NCBI GenBank assembly: GCA_949296455.1
Contig: CASFOZ010000001.1
Span: 127,535-191,534 of the forward strand
Direction: 5' to 3'
Length of the DNA stretch: 64,000 nucleotides
Source of the DNA: an uncultured Eubacteriales bacterium
GTDB taxonomy: Bacteria; Bacillota; Clostridia; Christensenellales; CALVMC01
Position numbers and translations under genes: made by a program. Shown one piece after another: positions 53,785 to 64,000 of the stretch. The notes under the pieces were generated by a model. The model was not told the origin of the DNA. It saw only the letters and a program-made list of their open reading frames with translations, and did not search any database. Each line of letters opens with the position of its first letter. Within the stretch, counting starts at the first letter, position 1.

Positions 53785-55866
53785 GTGAAAAATTTAAAGA
53801 ATAAAGATAAGTCTTTAAAAGAACAAAATAACGAAAACCTTGTTACAGAAGATACCGGCAGTAAGGATTCCAACATAACCGTAACGGATACAAACGAAAG
53901 CGGTACCGACCTTCCCATAACGCAAGATAATAAAAATGTTGAAAATAATGAAGGCTTTACCGAACAAAAAGTTGAAGACAACATAAAATCCGAAGACCTT
54001 GCGGAAACAGAAAAAAGCGGCTCACTGGATACCGCTTTCGGAATATTTATTTCCGACAATAAAAAGAAAGAAGAAATATTGCCTTACGAAAAATCAGAAG
54101 ATACCGAAAACAAAACAAAAAAGCAGGATATTTTTTCTTCGGAAAGCGACGATAAGAACGACTCGCTGTTTAATACGCCTGACGAAGATAAAACAAGAAA
54201 AAAGAAAGACGGAAAAAAGAAAAACGATTCACAAAAAAGCGGGTCAAAAAATGAAAATTCCTTTGTGGTTTTCAGTAAAAAATATTGGTGGACGTATTTG
54301 ATAGTGTTAGCAGTCGTAATCGCTATCGTAGTAACGGTTACCGTACTCGTGCTGACAAAAGATTACATTAACATATACGAAGCCGAAGACTTTTCTAATA
54401 TCGATAAAGGAAACATTTATGTTCTTAAAAAGGATATAACCGTGGAAGGCGATTTGACAATCGATGTCCCGTATCCCATTAATTTTAACGGACACATATT
54501 GAATGTCAAAGGAAATCTTACAGTAAACGCAGAAAAAGAAGGCGTTATTTATTACGGCTCGGAAAAAGACGGGAAGGAAAAAACCGTAAAAAGCAAATTA
54601 ATTGCAGGCAGTTTAACGGTTAATGCAGTTAAATCCGATATTCTTTTCAGAGTTCCCGTTGAAAGCGGAGCGATTAACGTTACAGCAAGTTCTGTATCGT
54701 CGGAAAAAAATCTTTCTTCTTTGAATATTACTTTAAGCGCCATTAATATATCGCTTAACGGAACGGCTGGTCAAGACGGCGGCTCGATTACTATATTAGG
54801 CTCAACCGAATGTCAAGTTAATACTGTTCTGTCGGAAATAAAAGCCGTAAACACTAACTTGAAAATAAATCAAAATGCAGTAGTTAAAAACATAACTTTG
54901 GAAAACTCAAATCTCGATATTTACGGTTCGGCGGAAAATATTACGGGCGGAAATATCGTTCATTTCAGGCAAGGTGCTTATGCTGTTTCTGTAAAAGACG
55001 CTAAGACTTTGAAAAGCTACGATTATTCTTTACCGGACTACATTGACGGAAATATCGAAATTGTAAATGTTATAACTCTGTCCGCTCCTTGGAACATAAC
55101 TTTTACTCAGATTAACGGCGGACTCTATTGCTTGTTCCCTTCTGTTTCAAATGCCACAGGCTATGAAATTACAGTTGACGGAAAAGACCCGTTCGTGTTT
55201 TCATATGAAGCCGATAACTCAACCGTTGCCGTAAACCTTACCGACTATATCAACACGGCAGGAGAACATACCGTTACCGTTAAAGCCGTTTCGGATAAAG
55301 AAAATTTTGTATCTTCTGCGTCGATAACTGCAAGTTATGTTTTTACATCGAAATTGTCTATTCCGTCGGCTATAAAAACCTATGAAGAAAACGGAAGGGT
55401 TCTCATTACCTTTAATAAAGTTTCGTTTGCCGACCTTTACAAAATTACGGTAACGGGAACTGACGGTACCGAAAACTATTTTACCGTTAATGCAACAAGC
55501 GACACCGTTCAGTCTTTTGATATTACCAATTATATACAGAACGGAGCGGGACTTTACGGTATAAAGGTTACTTCCGTATCGAATTATCCCGACTATTACG
55601 CAGAATCGGACGACGCTGTTCTGAGCTTTACAAAATACGAGAAAATTCAGGCTCCTTCCTTGGTTTTAACTTCTTCGGAATTAAATATTACCGCAAGCGC
55701 AAACTCTCTTGCGTTTGAAATTTATGAAAACGGAATACTCACGGCTGTTACCAAAAATTCGGTTTACACTTTGAAAAATTCTGAGTCCGGTACTGTTATT
55801 ACGGTAAAAGCAATAGGACACGGATACTATACGGAATCGGACTTTGCTCAGATAACGGTTCCCTGA
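53785..55866 (+). CDS. single-pass membrane protein: disordered K/E/D-rich N-terminus, TM, beta-helix-like region and three Ig/Fn3-like repeats
   Basis: GTG start after AAAGGAGG. TM segment WWTYLIVLAVVIAIVVTVTVLVL. The C-terminal region has three units of about 85-95 aa with a similar pattern (ending ...TVTVKAVS..., ...GIKVTSVS..., ...VITVKAIG...). Confidence 0.6.
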   Translation: MKNLKNKDKSLKEQNNENLVTEDTGSKDSNITVTDTNESGTDLPITQDNKNVENNEGFTEQKVEDNIKSEDLAETEKSGSLDTAFGIFISDNKKKEEILPYEKSEDTENKTKKQDIFSSESDDKNDSLFNTPDEDKTRKKKDGKKKNDSQKSGSKNENSFVVFSKKYWWTYLIVLAVVIAIVVTVTVLVLTKDYINIYEAEDFSNIDKGNIYVLKKDITVEGDLTIDVPYPINFNGHILNVKGNLTVNAEKEGVIYYGSEKDGKEKTVKSKLIAGSLTVNAVKSDILFRVPVESGAINVTASSVSSEKNLSSLNITLSAINISLNGTAGQDGGSITILGSTECQVNTVLSEIKAVNTNLKINQNAVVKNITLENSNLDIYGSAENITGGNIVHFRQGAYAVSVKDAKTLKSYDYSLPDYIDGNIEIVNVITLSAPWNITFTQINGGLYCLFPSVSNATGYEITVDGKDPFVFSYEADNSTVAVNLTDYINTAGEHTVTVKAVSDKENFVSSASITASYVFTSKLSIPSAIKTYEENGRVLITFNKVSFADLYKITVTGTDGTENYFTVNATSDTVQSFDITNYIQNGAGLYGIKVTSVSNYPDYYAESDDAVLSFTKYEKIQAPSLVLTSSELNITASANSLAFEIYENGILTAVTKNSVYTLKNSESGTVITVKAIGHGYYTESDFAQITVP

Positions 55867-55887
55867 TTTTTTAATTGGTTTTACCTG

Positions 55888-55916
55888 AAAGCTGCCGTAT
55901 CGGCAGCTTTTTTATT
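55888..55916 (+). terminator. rho-independent terminator
   Basis: AAAGCTGCCG-tat-CGGCAGCTTT followed by TTT. Confidence 0.8.
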
Positions 55917-56079
55917 TTATTTAGCTTTAATACAAATATCTGTAATACAAATAAATGATTTTAAATTATAATTGCTTTTAATTTAATAAAATTCGATTAT
56001 AAGGTTTACTTTCATTTTTTTCCTATATTTACCTGTATTTATGTTATTTTTATGAAACAAAATAATATCGGAGGTAATT

Positions 56080-56223
56080 ATGAGAAGAAAAAAAACAAAA
56101 AAGGCCGTTTCGGTAAAACACGCAGCATATAATAATTTCGACCCTCTCGGTTCTTATACCGGAAACAACACCGTAAACGAAGATTTTCGTTCGAGACCCG
56201 TGCAAGACGCAGACGACCTATAA
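56080..56223 (+). CDS. small basic/acidic protein, 47 aa, function unknown (not in the ORF track)
   Basis: GGAGG RBS 5 nt upstream of the ATG. Translation MRRKKTKKAVSVKHAAYNNFDPLGSYTGNNTVNEDFRSRPVQDADDL. A strong hairpin terminator follows. Confidence 0.5.
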   Translation: MRRKKTKKAVSVKHAAYNNFDPLGSYTGNNTVNEDFRSRPVQDADDL

Positions 56224-56243
56224 AAATTATTACCTTAAAAAAT

Positions 56244-56278
56244 GCCCCGCCAAACATTTATCGTGCGTTTGACGGGGC
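56244..56278 (-). repeat. GC-rich intergenic repeat, copy 6, forming a 12-bp hairpin (bidirectional terminator between the small ORF and gyrA)
   Basis: GCCCCGCCAAAC-atttatcgtgc-GTTTGACGGGGC. The reverse complement contains CCCCGTCAAACGCACGAT. T-runs lie on both sides. Confidence 0.7.
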
Positions 56279-56298
56279 TATTTTTTATTTATTGTTTA

Positions 56299-58920
56299 TT
56301 ATTCTTTTACTTGCATATCGTCGGTCTGTATTTGGTTTTGTTCTTTTTCTTCGCTTTCTCCGTTTTGTTGAGCGCTAATTTCTTCTTCGTTTTCCTCATC
56401 GATATGCGGGGTTACGCTGAAACTTACTACCTTTGCATTGTTTCTTATTCTCATAAGTCTTACGCCCTGGGTATCTCTCGATATCTTGCTGATTTCGGAA
56501 GCCTGAATTCTTATAACCGTTCCGCTGTCGGCAATAATCATAACATCGTCTTCGGGATTGATAAGTTTCAAGTTTACAAGGTCTCCTGTTTTTTCATTGA
56601 AGTTTCCTGCCTTGATTCCCTTGCCTGCTCTCGATTGTAAACGGTATTCGTCGATATCGCTTCTTTTGCCGTATCCGTTTTCGGTAATTGTTAATACCTC
56701 TACTCCTTCACGGACGACGGTTGCGTCGACTATGCGCTCGCCTTTATCGAGCTTCATGCTTTTTACGCCCTGACTGGTTCTTCCTATGCTTCTTAAATTA
56801 CTTTCGGAAAATCTTATACATTTTCCGGACGATGATGCAATAAGAATTTCGTCTTTTCCGGAAGTCAGACTTGCGGATATAAGTTCGTCTCCTTCGAGAA
56901 GACTTATCGCAATTTTACCGTTGGCTCTTATTTTGTCGAACTCTTCGATTTTGGTCTTTTTGATAAGCCCCTGTTTTGTGGCAAGTACCAAATACCCTTC
57001 TCTTTTTTCGCCTTCCTGCAATTCTTTAAGCGGAAGCAAAGCGGTGATTTTTTCTCCGTCGGCAAGCTGTAACAGATTAATTATAGCTCTGCCTTTTGCA
57101 CTTCTTTGGGCTTCGGGTACTTCGAAGGCTTTTATTCTGTAAACTTTACCGAAGTTGCTGAAAAACATCATATCGTCGTGAGTGCAAGTAATAAACAGAT
57201 TTTCTACGAAATCGTCTTCCTTTGTTTTATGAGCGCTTATACCGACTCCCCCTCTTTTTTGAGCCCTGTATTCGTCGACGGGAAGTCTTTTGATATAGCC
57301 GCCGTGAGTCATGGAAATTACGACGTCTTCTCTTTCAATAAGGTCGGCTATGTTGATTTCACTGCTGTCGTAAGTAAGTTCGGATCTTCTCGGGGTTGCG
57401 TATTTCCTTTTGATTTCGGTCATTTCGTCGATAATGATTTTATCGATAAGTTCTTCGGAAGCAAGAATCTGCCTGTACCAATCTATTGCTTTTTTAAGTT
57501 CTGCAAGTTCTTCGTTAAGTTTTTCTACTTCCAAAGCGGTAAGTCTTTGCAGTCTCATTTCGAGTATAGCGTTAGCCTGCTTGTCCGAAAGTTCAAACGC
57601 AGCCATAAGTTTATCCTGTGCGTCTTGTTTATCGGACGAACTTTTTATAATTTTTATAACTTCGTCTATATTGGCAAGTGCGATAACAAGTCCTTCAACG
57701 ATATGTTCCCTTTCGAGAGCCCTTTCTAAATCGAATTTGGTACGCCTTACTATAACTTCTCTTTGGTGTAAAATATAATAATGAAGTATTTCTTTGAGCG
57801 AACAGATTTTAGGTCTTCCATTTACCAAAGCAAGAAGTATCATACTGTTTGTTATCTGCATGTTGGTCTGTTTATAAAGTTTATTTAAAACCACTTCCGC
57901 AACGGCGTCCTTTTTGACTTCGATAACGATACGCATACCTTTTCGGTCTGATTCTTCTTTGATATCGGAAATGCCTTCGATTTTCTTGTCTTTTACCTGG
58001 TCTGCTATGTTTTCGATTAACTTTGCCTTGTTTACCTGATAAGGAATTTCAGTAACAACAATTCTTGTACGCTGATTATTGTTATATGTTTCTATTTCCG
58101 CCTTAGCTCTTATAATGGCGCCGCCGTGCCCGGTTTTATAAGCCTGTCTTATTGCGGCTCGTCCCATAACGAGACCTCCGGTCGGATAGTCGGGACACGG
58201 TATGTATTCCATAAGTTCTTCGTCGGTAAGTTCGGGATTTTTAATAAGGGCTACCGTTCCGTCAATAACTTCGCCTAAGTTGTGCGGCGGAATAGAAGTC
58301 GCCATACCTACGGCGATACCGTCGCTTCCGTTTACGAGAAGGTTGGGAAATCTTGCCGGTAAAACTACGGGCTGCTCTAAGGTATCGTCGAAATTAGGAT
58401 AAAAATCAACGGTTTTTTTGTCTATATCTCTCAGCATTTCCGAAGCGATTTTGGAAAGTCTTGCTTCGGTATACCTTTGAGCTGCTGCAGGGTCGCCGTC
58501 GACGGAACCGAAGTTTCCGTGTCCGTCTACAAGGGGGCACCTTATCGAAAAGTCCTGCGCAAGCCTTACCAAAGCCTCATAAACGGCACTGTCGCCGTGC
58601 GGGTGGTATTTACCGAGAACGTCGCCGACGATTCTTGCGCATTTTCTATGAGGTTTATCGGAATATAATCCGAGTTCGCTCATTGCATAAAGTATTCTTC
58701 TGTGAACGGGTTTAAGTCCGTCTCTGACATCGGGAATAGCACGGCTGACATTGACTGCCATAGCATAGGCAATAAAAGACTTTTTCATTTCGTCTTCTAC
58801 ATTGACCTTTACTATTTTGCTCGCTTTAAGCTCGATAACTCCGTTTTCTCCGTCGGGTTCTTCTATGATTTTTTCTTCTTCGCCATCGGGGGTATTATTC
58901 AAATTTTCTTTTTCGTCCAT
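56299..58920 (-). CDS. gyrA: DNA gyrase subunit A
   Basis: [28 protein letters not shown] and [22 protein letters not shown]. Acidic C-terminal tail. Confidence 0.97.
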   Translation of the reverse strand: MDEKENLNNTPDGEEEKIIEEPDGENGVIELKASKIVKVNVEDEMKKSFIAYAMAVNVSRAIPDVRDGLKPVHRRILYAMSELGLYSDKPHRKCARIVGDVLGKYHPHGDSAVYEALVRLAQDFSIRCPLVDGHGNFGSVDGDPAAAQRYTEARLSKIASEMLRDIDKKTVDFYPNFDDTLEQPVVLPARFPNLLVNGSDGIAVGMATSIPPHNLGEVIDGTVALIKNPELTDEELMEYIPCPDYPTGGLVMGRAAIRQAYKTGHGGAIIRAKAEIETYNNNQRTRIVVTEIPYQVNKAKLIENIADQVKDKKIEGISDIKEESDRKGMRIVIEVKKDAVAEVVLNKLYKQTNMQITNSMILLALVNGRPKICSLKEILHYYILHQREVIVRRTKFDLERALEREHIVEGLVIALANIDEVIKIIKSSSDKQDAQDKLMAAFELSDKQANAILEMRLQRLTALEVEKLNEELAELKKAIDWYRQILASEELIDKIIIDEMTEIKRKYATPRRSELTYDSSEINIADLIEREDVVISMTHGGYIKRLPVDEYRAQKRGGVGISAHKTKEDDFVENLFITCTHDDMMFFSNFGKVYRIKAFEVPEAQRSAKGRAIINLLQLADGEKITALLPLKELQEGEKREGYLVLATKQGLIKKTKIEEFDKIRANGKIAISLLEGDELISASLTSGKDEILIASSSGKCIRFSESNLRSIGRTSQGVKSMKLDKGERIVDATVVREGVEVLTITENGYGKRSDIDEYRLQSRAGKGIKAGNFNEKTGDLVNLKLINPEDDVMIIADSGTVIRIQASEISKISRDTQGVRLMRIRNNAKVVSFSVTPHIDEENEEEISAQQNGESEEKEQNQIQTDDMQVKE

Positions 58921-58931
58921 TTTATTACCTC

Positions 58932-60940
<2,009 letters not shown>

Positions 60941-61011
60941 ATTTATTTTTGCGTTATTTATAAGGTTTTGTCGTTTTTATCGAATTATTTAAAATTGCGT
61001 TGATGAGGCTT

Positions 61012-62094
61012 TTATATCGGCTTTATAATGCTGTTATTATCTGCCTTTTCGGCAATAAACATTTTGTGCGGAATATCTTTAAATTCTTCAAATTCGGTAC
61101 ATGAAATTATACACTGTATTTTGGAAGTTTCGTTGAGTAAGGCTCTTTTTCTTTCTTCGTCGAGTTCGCTCAGTACGTCGTCCAATAAAACTACGGGGCT
61201 TTCTCCCGTTTGACTTTTAAGGTATTCTATTTCGGCAAGCTTCAAAGACAGCGTCGCTCCTCTCTGTTGACCTTGAGACCCGTATTTTCTTAAATCTATG
61301 CCGTTTATTTTTATCGAAATATCGTCTTTCTGCACTCCTTCTGTGGTATACCTGAAAATTAAATCCTTTTGAATACTTTCGTTAAGTCTTTTTAAAATTT
61401 CTTCTTCCGGTTTATCGCAGCAATACGGCGAATCGAGTTCTATTTCGAGATTTTCGGTATCGGCGCTTAATGCTCTGTGTTTTTCTTTTGCATATATCTT
61501 TACAGAGTCTATGAAATTTTTCCGTTCTTTAACTATAAACGAGCCTTCTTTTGCAAGTTGAACATCCCATATATATAAGGATTCTCCGCTGCAACCTTCT
61601 TTTAACTGTTTGTTTCTCTGTGCTAATATTTTATTGTATTTTGTTAGCGAATAAAAATAATTTTTATTTTGCTGACAAAGACATATATCCATAAAACGGC
61701 GTCTTTCCTGCGGACTTCTTTTTATTACCGCTATCTCGTCGGGCGAAAAATAAACGGCATTAAAAAAGCCTATGAGCTCGCCTGTTCTTAAAAGAGGTAT
61801 CCCGTCTACGGATATTTTCTTTCCTTCTGCGTTATATCTTATTTCGACGACATGTTCTATATTTCTTTTACGGGCGATAAGTTTTACCGAAAAACCTTCT
61901 TTTCCCCATTTGATAAGTTCTTTGTCTCTGACCGCCCGTACCGATTTTCCTATTGCACATATAAAAACTGCTTCGAGTATATTTGTTTTTCCCGAAGCGT
62001 TTTTACCGGAAATTATATTAAGACCTTTATCGAACTTTAAAAAACAGTTATCGTAACTTCTGAAATTTTTTAAAGTTATTTCCTTTATTTCCAT
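61012..62094 (-). CDS. recF: DNA replication and repair protein RecF
   Basis: LKNFRSYDN..., Walker A GKNASGKTNILEA, signature SQGQQRGATLSLKLAE, Walker B VVLLDDVLSELD. Confidence 0.93.
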   Translation of the reverse strand: MEIKEITLKNFRSYDNCFLKFDKGLNIISGKNASGKTNILEAVFICAIGKSVRAVRDKELIKWGKEGFSVKLIARKRNIEHVVEIRYNAEGKKISVDGIPLLRTGELIGFFNAVYFSPDEIAVIKRSPQERRRFMDICLCQQNKNYFYSLTKYNKILAQRNKQLKEGCSGESLYIWDVQLAKEGSFIVKERKNFIDSVKIYAKEKHRALSADTENLEIELDSPYCCDKPEEEILKRLNESIQKDLIFRYTTEGVQKDDISIKINGIDLRKYGSQGQQRGATLSLKLAEIEYLKSQTGESPVVLLDDVLSELDEERKRALLNETSKIQCIISCTEFEEFKDIPHKMFIAEKADNNSIIKPI

Positions 62095-62100
62095 AGTTTA

Positions 62101-62129
62101 ATTATACTATTATTACCTTTTTTCTTCAA
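62101..62129 (-). promoter_or_regulatory. sigma-A type promoter for recF (TTGAAG-17-TATAAT) ending 6 nt before the ATG
   Basis: On the minus strand: TTGAAG (62129-62124), 17-nt spacer, TATAAT (62106-62101), then taaact and the ATG (62094). No Shine-Dalgarno. Confidence 0.5.
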
Positions 62130-62222
62130 TCGATTATAAAATATTGTTTTTATTTTATCTATTTATTATAAAAATACGGCAGTTTTCCGAATTATCTTTT
62201 TTTATAATTTCAATCGGTTTTG

Positions 62223-62251
62223 TTGTGCTTTTTCGGGCGCTATTGTATAAT
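62223..62251 (+). promoter_or_regulatory. sigma-A type promoter for dnaA (TTGTGC-17-TGTATAAT) ending 7 nt before the ATG
   Basis: TTGTGC 62223-62228 and TATAAT 62246-62251 preceded by TG. This is followed by ataaacc and the ATG (62259). No Shine-Dalgarno. Confidence 0.5.
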
Positions 62252-62258
62252 ATAAACC

Positions 62259-63599
62259 ATGATAGACATTAACAAAATATGGACTGAAATGAAAAAACAG
62301 CTTTCGTCCAAAATGAATTCGGTTTCTTTTGCAATGTGGGTGGAAAAATGTTCGCCTTATTGTATTAAAGACAATGTGCTTGTTCTTCTTTCGAAAAACG
62401 AACTTACCAAAACTCAGATATCAACTTTGTATGCTGAGGATTTTTCCAACGCTTTAAAAAGCTGTAATACTGTTTTAAGCGAAGTTTGCGTTATTACGGA
62501 AGACGAAAAAGAAGCATTCGAAAACGACAGACAAGCGGATTTAAACAAAGAAAACGGAGTTAAAGACAACGCTATTAAAAAATATAATTTCGATTCCTTT
62601 GTCGTTGCTCCCTGTAATACCTTTGCTTTCAATGCCGCAAGAGCCGTTGCAGAAGCGCCCGGGTCAAGTTTTAATCCTTTGTTTATATACGGCGGAGTCG
62701 GTCTTGGCAAAACACACCTTCTTTTATCTATATATAATTATGTTAAAACAAATTTTCCGCAAATGAAGGTTCTTTACGCAAATTCCGAAACATTTGTAAA
62801 CGACCTTATAGACAGTATAAGAAATTCAAAAGACGCTTTGCTTTCAAGGGCTTTCAGGGATAAATACAGAAATTTAGATGTTTTTATTCTCGACGATGTT
62901 CAATTCCTTTCAAATAAGGATTCCACGCAGGAAGCTTTGTTTCATACATTTAACGAACTTCACCAGCAAGGCAAACAGATTATTTTCTCTTCGGACAGAG
63001 CGCCTAAGGATATAGTTTACCTTGAAGAAAGATTGTCTTCCCGTTTTTCATGGGGATTGGTTGTAGATATACAGCCGCCAGATGTCGAAACAAGAATAGC
63101 TATTTTAAGAAAAAAAGCCCTTTCACAAAATTTTGTAGTAGACGATTCGGTACTCAAATTTATTGCAGAAAAATCAAATTCTAATGTAAGAGAACTTGAA
63201 AGTATTCTTCAAAGAGTAAAACTTTATTGTTCATTAATTAATAAACCTGCCGACAGTTTAGAAATTGCAAAAGAGGCTTTGAAAGATTTTCTCTCCGATT
63301 CTCTTGAAAGGGTTACTATTGACAGTATAGTAAATACAGTATGTAATTATTTCGGCGTAAGTAAAGCCGATGTTATAGGTAAGAAAAAAACCAAGGATTT
63401 AGTAGAACCAAGACAGATAGCAATGTTTTTAATTACCGATATTTTAACAGTTCCTTTGGCATCGATAGGAAGTTATTTCAGCGGAAGAGACCATACAACG
63501 ATAATGCATGCAAGAGATAAAGTATTTACCGAAATGAAAACAAATACAAAGTTAAAATTACAGATTTCAGACCTTAAAGATATGATAATGAATAAATAA
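62259..63599 (+). CDS. dnaA: chromosomal replication initiator protein DnaA
   Basis: N-terminal IWTEMKKQLSSKMNSVSFAMWV, AAA+ Walker A GGVGLGKTHLL, Walker B FILDDVQF, C-terminal DNA-binding domain (RQIAMFLITD...GRDHTTIMHA). Confidence 0.97.
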   Translation: MIDINKIWTEMKKQLSSKMNSVSFAMWVEKCSPYCIKDNVLVLLSKNELTKTQISTLYAEDFSNALKSCNTVLSEVCVITEDEKEAFENDRQADLNKENGVKDNAIKKYNFDSFVVAPCNTFAFNAARAVAEAPGSSFNPLFIYGGVGLGKTHLLLSIYNYVKTNFPQMKVLYANSETFVNDLIDSIRNSKDALLSRAFRDKYRNLDVFILDDVQFLSNKDSTQEALFHTFNELHQQGKQIIFSSDRAPKDIVYLEERLSSRFSWGLVVDIQPPDVETRIAILRKKALSQNFVVDDSVLKFIAEKSNSNVRELESILQRVKLYCSLINKPADSLEIAKEALKDFLSDSLERVTIDSIVNTVCNYFGVSKADVIGKKKTKDLVEPRQIAMFLITDILTVPLASIGSYFSGRDHTTIMHARDKVFTEMKTNTKLKLQISDLKDMIMNK

Positions 63600-63609
63600 A
63601 ATTATTCAC

Positions 63610-63900
63610 TTATCCATAATATTGTGCACAGATTTTTTAATTGTTGACCGTGTGGATAATTTATTAAAAATATATACTTAAAAAAGTGGATAAAAATTAC
63701 AATATATTGTGTTAAAAATAAAAAATAAATCAAATTATTGTGTTTTTAGTAACTTGTCCACATTTATACAGAGATTATTATTATTGTTATTATAAAAACT
63801 ATATAATTAATAAGATTAAATGAAAGGTAAACGGCTGCTATATTATATTTAAATATATATATTTATATAAATATATTTTATTATATAATAACCTTAATAA
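63610..63900. other. oriC (dnaA-dnaN spacer): five DnaA boxes, a trinucleotide-periodic tract and an AT-rich unwinding region
   Basis: TTATCCAtA 63610-63618, TTgTgCACA 63622-63630, TGTGGATAA 63651-63659 (perfect), aGTGGATAA 63685-63693, TTgTCCACA 63754-63762. (ATT)4-GTT-ATT lies at 63774-63791, and nearly pure A/T sequence runs to about 63900. Confidence 0.8.
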
Positions 63901-63920
63901 AAAAGTTTACGGAGGAAAAT

Positions 63921-64000
63921 ATGAATATTATTTGTTCGGGAGCAGAACTTAACGACGCAGTTCAGACTGTTATAAGAGCAATAAGCGGTAAGGTAGTTAG
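63921..64000 (+). CDS. dnaN: DNA polymerase III beta subunit, N-terminal 26 codons (continues beyond the window)
   Basis: GGAGG RBS, ATG at 63921, MNIICSGAELNDAVQTVIRAISGKVV. Call rests on its position after dnaA and oriC and a beta-clamp-like N-terminus. Confidence 0.75.
   Translation, partial: MNIICSGAELNDAVQTVIRAISGKVV

Overview
AT-rich chromosome segment of an endospore-forming Firmicute (Clostridia-like) that ends at the replication origin. I call about 55 protein genes and one tRNA. The right end reads gyrA<-gyrB<-recF | dnaA-> DnaA boxes plus AT-rich spacer -> dnaN. Housekeeping genes are metG (partial), mrnC-thyX-rlmB, split transketolase, ispE, ftsH, cysE-cysS, rmuC, cca, tilS, gltX, argS-alaS, ychF, apgM and gyrBA. 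Sporulation and germination genes are unusually dense: spmA/spmB, sigH, cwlD, spoIIR-sleB-ypeB, a sipL-like DUF3794/LysM gene, veg, spo0A and yyaC. I saw no transposase, integrase, phage gene, CRISPR array, rRNA or recognisable defence or toxin genes, and I cannot point to a convincing self-contained novel system. Several things do merit a second look. (1) The origin architecture is rearranged, with recF-gyrB-gyrA divergent from dnaA and DnaA boxes only downstream of dnaA. (2) Near-consensus promoters abut the recF, dnaA and rimK-like ATGs, making them leaderless candidates. (3) A dense DnaA-box cluster with an AT-rich tract lies 56 kb from dnaA. (4) A GC-rich roughly 16-35 nt repeat family (CCCCGTCAAACGCACG) occupies three convergent intergenic regions. 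(5) Several proteins look degenerate or atypical: a triad-less protease paralog, a GH2 lacking the acid/base Glu, an ArsB-type permease remnant, a short AlaRS without C-Ala, and Spo0A with Glu-Glu in the acidic pocket. (6) Some genes are uncharacterised: an acidic double zinc-ribbon protein after spo0A, a GtrA-GNAT fusion, a 47-aa ORF, a CpG-depleted lipoprotein gene and an XRE/TM2/DUF2752 module. All family assignments come from reading motifs by eye in the supplied translations. No database search was run.
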